From a virus (Duplodnaviria > Caudoviricetes): DNA of 43,964 nt. The notes under the pieces were generated by a model that did not search any database, was not told the origin of the DNA, and was given only the letters and a program-made list of their open reading frames with translations. Position numbers and translations under genes: made by a program. Within the stretch, counting starts at the first letter, position 1. Each line of letters opens with the position of its first letter. Location of the stretch: IMG/VR virus record IMGVR_UViG_3300029317_000031, positions 1 through 43,964 of that record. One strand, written 5' to 3'. Of the stretch, positions 38,630 to 43,964 are shown one piece after another.

Positions 38630-39315
38630 TGCGCTTAAATAGAACCTTAACCATTGATGGTACGGCTTTGCAGGTGGTGAATGAGAAGGTGCGCCTGCAG
38701 TTAAACGGCGCAGGCTCGGCCATTTTTACCGTGGTGGCCAGCAATATTAAGCTGCATAGCTTGGTGTTGTTTGATTTGGGTTATGCCAAACAAGCCGCCG
38801 CCCAGCGTTTTTTTATTGGTCTGGTGGTGAAGGTGAACCCGATTGGCAACAAACAAAGCAAGGTGTATTGCAAAGAATTAAGCCACGCCTTGTCGTTTAA
38901 ATTGCCGTTGGATTTACGCCATGTGAGCTTAAAAGAGCTGCTGGCTAAAATAACCGAGCTAACCCGCTTGGAATTTGCCGTGCCGGATGAGCCCTATGCG
39001 AACACTAAAACGGCTAAGTTTTTTAATATTGGCAGTGGTGTTCAGGCGATTGAAGCCATTGCAAAAGTGTTTAAGGTGCCGGATTACCTGTGGCAGCAAC
39101 AAGCGGGCACGGTGTATGTGGGCCGCTGGGCTGATTCACGCTGGGTAACGGTGGATGATTTGATCTTGCCCAATAAGCTGTTTGATAAACAGGGGCCTGA
39201 TAATGCAACGCTGGCGGCTATTCCCCAATTACGCCCCGGCATTCGGGTGAATGGCCAACGCTTGCAATCGGTGACGTTTCAACAAAATACAATGGTGATC
39301 ACATGGAACGCTTAA
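38629..39315 (+). CDS. Putative baseplate hub/tail protein
   Basis: WQQQ..G.VYVG.W..SRW, P.LRPG; synteny. Confidence 0.55.
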   Translation: MRLNRTLTIDGTALQVVNEKVRLQLNGAGSAIFTVVASNIKLHSLVLFDLGYAKQAAAQRFFIGLVVKVNPIGNKQSKVYCKELSHALSFKLPLDLRHVSLKELLAKITELTRLEFAVPDEPYANTKTAKFFNIGSGVQAIEAIAKVFKVPDYLWQQQAGTVYVGRWADSRWVTVDDLILPNKLFDKQGPDNATLAAIPQLRPGIRVNGQRLQSVTFQQNTMVITWNA

Positions 39316-40196
39316 TAAAAAAATTAGTGCTGAAGCTGTTTCCTGAGTTATCGGCGGGCTATCACTTGCCGATGTTTGGCGTGGTGGTGGCCGCACGAGA
39401 AACCCCCAACGAGGGCGATCTGTGCGAGGAATTTAGGCCACATTATGCGGTGGATGTGCAAGTGCTAACCGAACACGGCCAGCCGGATGCCGATTGGCCC
39501 TTATTGCGTGATGTGATATTAGCCGTGCCGGTGGCCGGTAATGAGCGCGGCCAGTTTTCATTCCCCGATGATGGCGCCTGGGTAGAGCTGGCGTTTGCCT
39601 ACGGTTCACCGAATAGGCCATTTATTCGCAGTGTATTGCCGCATAATTTAACCTTGCCGCCGCTGGAACGGGGCGAACAACGCTGGCAGCATAATGCTAA
39701 ATCGTATCAGCGGATTGATAAAAACGGCAACCAACAGCGCATTACTGATGGCGATATTGACGATAAAAGCCTGAACCGTTTAGTGCAGGCGATGCAATCG
39801 GTACGTGAATTTCATACCTCATTAAAAACCACTCAACAAAACGATAGCGAGATTATCGGCGCGATTAAACGCATAGAAGCCTATGGCGCTTTGGTGCTGC
39901 AATCGGGCGGGGTGATGGACCTATCGGCGGTGGATGATGTGCGGCTCACCAGCCTAAGCAAAAACTTACAAAAAGCGCCTAAAACGTGGCTGGGTTCGCA
40001 AAACGAAAACGTGCTGGGCTTGCTCAGCGAGCTGATGCAATTGGTGATTGATTTAACCGCCTTGTTGGCTAGCCATACCCATACCGGTGACGATGGAGGA
40101 TCAACCAGTGCGCCACATCAAGCGGGCAGTATTACCGGCAATGGCAGCAGTGTTGGTGGTGTTAAGGGGCGGTTGGATGGGATTGCCGAGCCATGA
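39303..40196 (+). CDS. Putative baseplate spike (gpV-like)
   Basis: OB-fold-like N-terminus and C-terminal HTH (HxH) metal-binding tip. Confidence 0.65.
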   Translation: MERLIKKLVLKLFPELSAGYHLPMFGVVVAARETPNEGDLCEEFRPHYAVDVQVLTEHGQPDADWPLLRDVILAVPVAGNERGQFSFPDDGAWVELAFAYGSPNRPFIRSVLPHNLTLPPLERGEQRWQHNAKSYQRIDKNGNQQRITDGDIDDKSLNRLVQAMQSVREFHTSLKTTQQNDSEIIGAIKRIEAYGALVLQSGGVMDLSAVDDVRLTSLSKNLQKAPKTWLGSQNENVLGLLSELMQLVIDLTALLASHTHTGDDGGSTSAPHQAGSITGNGSSVGGVKGRLDGIAEP

Positions 40197-40423
40197 GTGA
40201 GCCGTTAGCTGATATACGTTGTGGGGCGTGCAGTAAAAAGCTGGGCGCGGGCATTTTTATTAAGCTGGAGCTTAAGTGCCCACGCTGTAAAACAATTAAT
40301 TTTTTGAGGGTCGAGAACCCCGAACCTGTACACCGCGAGTGTCGAACGATGGACGACACGCGTGACAAAATACCAACAAAAAAACCTAAGCCTTCACCAC
40401 ACCGATTGCCTGAGCCTGCTTAA
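40193..40423 (+). CDS. Com-family zinc-finger regulator
   Basis: IRCGAC.KKL...LELKCPRCKTIN. Confidence 0.85.
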   Translation: MSEPLADIRCGACSKKLGAGIFIKLELKCPRCKTINFLRVENPEPVHRECRTMDDTRDKIPTKKPKPSPHRLPEPA

Positions 40424-41303
40424 AACCTTTAGCGATAATAGTATTGATTTAATTGCCACCGACCCGCCTTATTTTAAGGTGAAGGGCGAGGCCTGGGATA
40501 ACCAGTGGAAAAACAAAACGGCCTTTTTTGCTTGGCTGGATGAAGTGCTGGCTGAATTTGCACGGGTGTTAAAGCCGGCCGGTTCGCTTTATTTGTTTGC
40601 GGGGCCGCATTTAGCCACCGAGGTGGAGGGCGTTATTGCCCGGCATTTTAAGGTGCTTAATCAAATTTTGTGGCGTAAGGAGAAGGGCCGGCACTTGGGC
40701 TGCAATAAAGAATCGCTGCGCCAATTCTTCCCGCAAACTGAGCATATTATTTTTGCCGAAAGCCGTAAAAAACCGCCGTTTATGTTTGAGCCTATTTTGG
40801 CTTATTTGGAGGGTGCAAGGCTGGCCGCCGGTGTTAGCCGTGCCCAGATCGATGCGGCCTGCGGTAAGCAAATGAGCGGCCATTGGTTTGGCCGTTCGCA
40901 ATTTAGTATTCCCAGCGAGCAACATTATTTAACAATGGATGCGCTGTTTGGCGGGGTGTTAAAACCTTATTCGGTGTTTAAAAAAGACTTTGTTAGCTTG
41001 CGCGATGCCGGCAAAAACCACCGCCGCACCTTTAATGTCAGCAAAGAGGTACCGTTTACTAATGTGTGGGATTTTGCCACGGTGGCGTGGTACCAGGGAA
41101 AACACCCCTGCGAAAAACCACTCGATTTAATGGCGCATATTATTAACACCAGTTCCTTACCGGGTGATGTGGTGTTTGATGGTTTTGTGGGCAGTGGTTC
41201 CACCGCGCTGGCCTGCCAACAAACGGGCCGACGCTTTATTGGTTGCGAAATGGGCGAGGCCGAATTTGCGTTGGCGGTGGGGCGCTTAGCCGAGGTTGCT
41301 TAG
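40362..41303 (+). CDS. N6/N4 DNA methyltransferase (beta class)
   Basis: DPPY before HPCEKP and D.F.GSGST. Confidence 0.92.
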   Translation: MTKYQQKNLSLHHTDCLSLLKTFSDNSIDLIATDPPYFKVKGEAWDNQWKNKTAFFAWLDEVLAEFARVLKPAGSLYLFAGPHLATEVEGVIARHFKVLNQILWRKEKGRHLGCNKESLRQFFPQTEHIIFAESRKKPPFMFEPILAYLEGARLAAGVSRAQIDAACGKQMSGHWFGRSQFSIPSEQHYLTMDALFGGVLKPYSVFKKDFVSLRDAGKNHRRTFNVSKEVPFTNVWDFATVAWYQGKHPCEKPLDLMAHIINTSSLPGDVVFDGFVGSGSTALACQQTGRRFIGCEMGEAEFALAVGRLAEVA

Positions 41304-41307
41304 CGCT

Positions 41308-41775
41308 TTATTGGATTTCTATATCGGCTAACAGCCATCGCTCGGCTTCGCTTGAGTAGTTAAGCAGGACCTTGGTGTTAGAACGAATCGTGCCGCCAAA
41401 GCTGTTTTGCGAGTCAACGTATGAGCTGACTAAAAACTGGCAATCGGCTACTTTGCTGAGTGTGCCGCCGCCGATGGGGAAGTCGGCGCTGGCCGGTGAT
41501 TTTAAGTGTTTTTTAATATAGGTTTGGGCATAGCCTTTAGCGGATGAGCCGCTGCTGCATTCACGTTCGGCGGTAGCGGCTTTGTTGGCGGCAATCTCTT
41601 CGGGGCTGCTGCCACACGCATTCACCAGGACCACCACCAGTAGCACTAAAAAAACAACGCTGAAAAGCCCCTGTTTGCTGCTGATGGTGGGGTTTGTTTG
41701 ACCACAATGCGGGCACTTACGAACACCCTGAGCGACTTCTTTTTTACACGTTTTACACGCGACCAACTTAGCCAT
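41308..41775 (-). CDS. Zinc-ribbon membrane protein (moron-like)
   Basis: CxxC...CPHCG, one TM segment, LKSPASADF...VDSQNSFG domain. Confidence 0.7.
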   Translation of the reverse strand: MAKLVACKTCKKEVAQGVRKCPHCGQTNPTISSKQGLFSVVFLVLLVVVLVNACGSSPEEIAANKAATAERECSSGSSAKGYAQTYIKKHLKSPASADFPIGGGTLSKVADCQFLVSSYVDSQNSFGGTIRSNTKVLLNYSSEAERWLLADIEIQ

Positions 41776-41831
41776 AAATTCCCTTTAATACTGCGTAATT
41801 AAATAATCGAATACATTGTATACGTTTTTTA

Positions 41832-41860
41832 TTGACAGCATAAATGCAATTGATTAACCT
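41832..41860 (+). promoter_or_regulatory. Sigma70 promoter of the C4/antirepressor operon
   Basis: TTGACA, 17 nt, TAACCT. Confidence 0.65.
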
Positions 41861-41958
41861 AGCGATACGTTAGCAAAATCTAACGGCGGGTCTGGAAACC
41901 TGTAAAATGACTATTGCGCACAAGCGCATGATAATGCGTTTTTTATTGCCAAAATTTT

Positions 41959-42045
41959 ATGGTGGCGGTACGTGGGGAGCTTCGGCTCGCCGGTTTCATT
42001 AGCAATAGTCCTTCCGGTTTTCCAGCCTGCGTACTGCCATCACCC
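41959..42045 (+). ncRNA. C4/CI-type antisense RNA
   Basis: Closing stem ATGGTGGCGGTACG / CGTACTGCCATCA, GAGC-TTCG-GCTC hairpin, loops complementary to flanking target sites. Confidence 0.75.
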
Positions 42046-42094
42046 TTATCTGGAAATAAGGATGGTGGTTCTTTAACTCAAAAGGACTATTAAC

Positions 42095-42430
42095 ATGCTA
42101 AACCCAATCGACACCTCAAAATATACCCAAGCCGCCTTACGCAAATTGGCCCATCTACCGCCTAAACGTCTTTTTTTGGGCGCCGGCAGGATAGCCGCGA
42201 TTAACCTACCCAGCGACACCCCTTTTATTGTCGAAATGGAAAGCGGTGCACTATTCAAATTAGGCGGACTTAACAAAGGCCAAGCCAGCCAGCTACCCAG
42301 CTTGCATCAACAACTCATCGGTCAGCGGATTGCTTTCAAGTTTCAAGGCGGCTTTAACGACTTAAATCAGCCCATCAACCCCATTTTTAATACATTGCTG
42401 TTAGCGGCTAATACCGGGGGCGTTCAGTGA
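42095..42430 (+). CDS. Hypothetical protein downstream of C4 RNA
   Basis: AAGGA RBS; 111 aa. Confidence 0.55.
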   Translation: MLNPIDTSKYTQAALRKLAHLPPKRLFLGAGRIAAINLPSDTPFIVEMESGALFKLGGLNKGQASQLPSLHQQLIGQRIAFKFQGGFNDLNQPINPIFNTLLLAANTGGVQ

Positions 42431-42933
42431 TCTCGCTTAGAGCACTTGCCAACCCCTTTATGTTCAACAATTTTCAGGTGCGAACAGCGGTCGATAATGA
42501 CGATATCGTGTGGTTTTGCGGGCTGGATCTTTGCGCCGCCTTAGATATTGATAATACGCACAACGATAATACGCCCACCGAATGGAGTCGAATGAGCTTG
42601 CCGTGTAGTAGCGACGAACTGTCGCTGAAGTTTTTTAACGAAGCAGGCGCATATCGGTTAATATTTTCATCCAACAGGCCCAACGCCATTTCCTTGGCTG
42701 ATTGGGTGTGCCGCGAGGTAGTACCAGTATTTCGCAATAATGGTTTCTTTGGAAAGATTAGCGCTAAGGACCGGGTGATTTACCTAGAAATTGTCGCAGA
42801 TCTAACCAATAAACTAAACACCACTAATAATGCAATGTTGCATAAAATGCTTCAGGCCGAGCTACGCGACTGTTGCAATGTCATCGGACGCAAAATGCCG
42901 GACCTGACGTTACTGGGTAACGAGTACCCGTGA
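42427..42933 (+). CDS. Bro-N domain protein (putative antirepressor)
   Basis: F.F....VRT, WFCG.DLC.AL, NEAG.YRLIF.S..P.A...DWV..EV.P. Confidence 0.85.
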   Translation: MISLRALANPFMFNNFQVRTAVDNDDIVWFCGLDLCAALDIDNTHNDNTPTEWSRMSLPCSSDELSLKFFNEAGAYRLIFSSNRPNAISLADWVCREVVPVFRNNGFFGKISAKDRVIYLEIVADLTNKLNTTNNAMLHKMLQAELRDCCNVIGRKMPDLTLLGNEYP

Positions 42934-42988
42934 AAGTCGATAGGAATTGAGTAGCAATAGCACCTAATATTCGATAAGGAGTAACCGA

Positions 42989-43210
42989 ATGACAACTATC
43001 AATGATGAGCAAGCACAAAACTTAAAAGAATCAATTTCGGCGTTAGAAGCCGCCACGGCAAGTATCGCATCAGGAATAGACGATAATCTGGTAACCGGTG
43101 ATCAGGTATACAATTTGCTTTGGACAATCATTCATCGAATAAAAGAACGATCGATGTGCCCCGATCCGATAGTCAGTGAAACACCTGCGCATCAGCTAAG
43201 CAAAAAATAA
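42989..43210 (+). CDS. Hypothetical protein
   Basis: AAGGAG RBS; 73 aa. Confidence 0.55.
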   Translation: MTTINDEQAQNLKESISALEAATASIASGIDDNLVTGDQVYNLLWTIIHRIKERSMCPDPIVSETPAHQLSKK

Positions 43211-43219
43211 ATAAATAAT

Positions 43220-43362
43220 CCAAACAGCAAAGCCAAACAGCAAAGCCAAACAGCAAAGCCAAACAGCAAAGCCAAACAGCAAAGCCAAACAGCAAAGCCA
43301 AACAGCAAAGCCAAACAGCAAAGCCAAACAGCAAAGCCAAACAGCAAAGCCAAACAGCAAAG
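43220..43362. repeat. Perfect tandem repeat (CCAAACAGCAAAG) x11
   Basis: 11 exact 13-bp copies read directly. Confidence 0.95.
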
Positions 43363-43399
43363 CGAAAAAACTAAATCAAAGAGGTAATCCGATCAAGTT

Positions 43400-43426
43400 A
43401 ACCAGGGCCCGTCCCTGGTTTTTTTT
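43400..43426 (+). terminator. Rho-independent terminator
   Basis: ACCAGGG-cccgt-CCCTGGT followed by a T run. Confidence 0.75.
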
Positions 43427-43611
43427 ACCCAAATTAGCGACTAATTGATAATCGTTAAAGGAAGTGGCTAATTGGTTTGAAAAAACCGTAGCCCTGGCAC
43501 TATATAAGGCGGCTCTTTCAGTTATGGAAGAACCTTTAACATTGTAACACGCGAGTCAAGCCGCAGCACTGCCCAAATCCACCGACACAAAAAAAATATC
43601 CACCGAAAAAA

Positions 43612-43630
43612 CACTCCTCCTCACCTGCGG
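43612..43630 (-). other. Candidate cos site
   Basis: Minus strand GCAGGTGAGGAGGAGTG resembles P2 cos GGCGAGGCGGGG; near att as in HP1-type genomes. Confidence 0.35.
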
Positions 43631-43837
43631 GGCTTTTGCATTTTTTATGCGTTTTGAATTGTTTGTTGAAGCAGAGAGTATTGATCAAGCCGCAAAACAC
43701 GTGGCCATTACGGAAATAACTTAATAAAAATAAACTTCGACGAATGAAGTTTATTTCCATCCGTCGAAGTAATTAACAACCTTTTAACAACCCTTTTACA
43801 GCTTGCTTTGTTGTTTTCCCTTTAATATCAAGGGTTT

Positions 43838-43867
43838 AAGTGGTGGAGACGGCGGGAATCGAACCCG
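43838..43867. repeat. Prophage att core, right copy
   Basis: Identical to 8145-8174. Confidence 0.96.
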
Positions 43868-43964
43868 CGTCCGCAAGCACTCCGCTCTTGGCTCTACATG
43901 TTTATCCTATAACTTTTAATTTAACTATTGGCTACCCGATAGGCTAGGAAGACCAACAACGATT
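43841..43964 (-). ncRNA. ssrA: tmRNA, 3' part (5' part outside the window)
   Basis: Minus strand ends ...GGACGCGGGTTCGATTCCCGCCGTCTCCACCA, preceded by AAACATGTAGAGCC; no tRNA anticodon or D arm. Confidence 0.92.

Larger units (their letters stand above)
8145..43867. mobile_element. P2/HP1-like prophage integrated in ssrA, apparently intact
   Basis: 30-bp direct repeats, adjacent tyrosine integrase, full Q-P / O-N-M-L-R-S head module, contractile tail and lysis genes. Confidence 0.95.

Noticed and set aside
43220-43362. CRISPR array
   Set aside because: No spacers; pure tandem repeat
43728-43770. Overlapping inverted repeats as a phage-supplied ssrA terminator
   Set aside because: AT-rich stems with alternative pairings; function not supportable from sequence alone

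Overview
The window has two parts. 1-8140 is host or island DNA: a ParE-type toxin, a complete type I restriction-modification operon (hsdM-hsdS-yhcG-like-hsdR) and a REP-like doublet. 8145-43867 is an apparently intact ~35.7 kb P2/HP1-like (Peduoviridae-like) prophage integrated in the 3' end of the tmRNA gene (ssrA, minus strand, running off the right edge), bounded by a perfect 30-bp att duplication. It carries an integrase, repressor switch, P4-alpha-like primase-helicase, ogr, head, contractile tail and lysis genes, a com + DNA methyltransferase pair, and a C4-antisense-controlled Bro-N operon. The most unusual feature is in the early operon (15493-16677): three canonical integron attC sites and an attI-like site with direct repeats define three gene cassettes with perfectly matched core sites. 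No integron integrase is present, and every cassette ORF is antisense to the array, i.e. co-oriented with phage early transcription. All product calls come from motif recognition and synteny by eye; no database searches were run.
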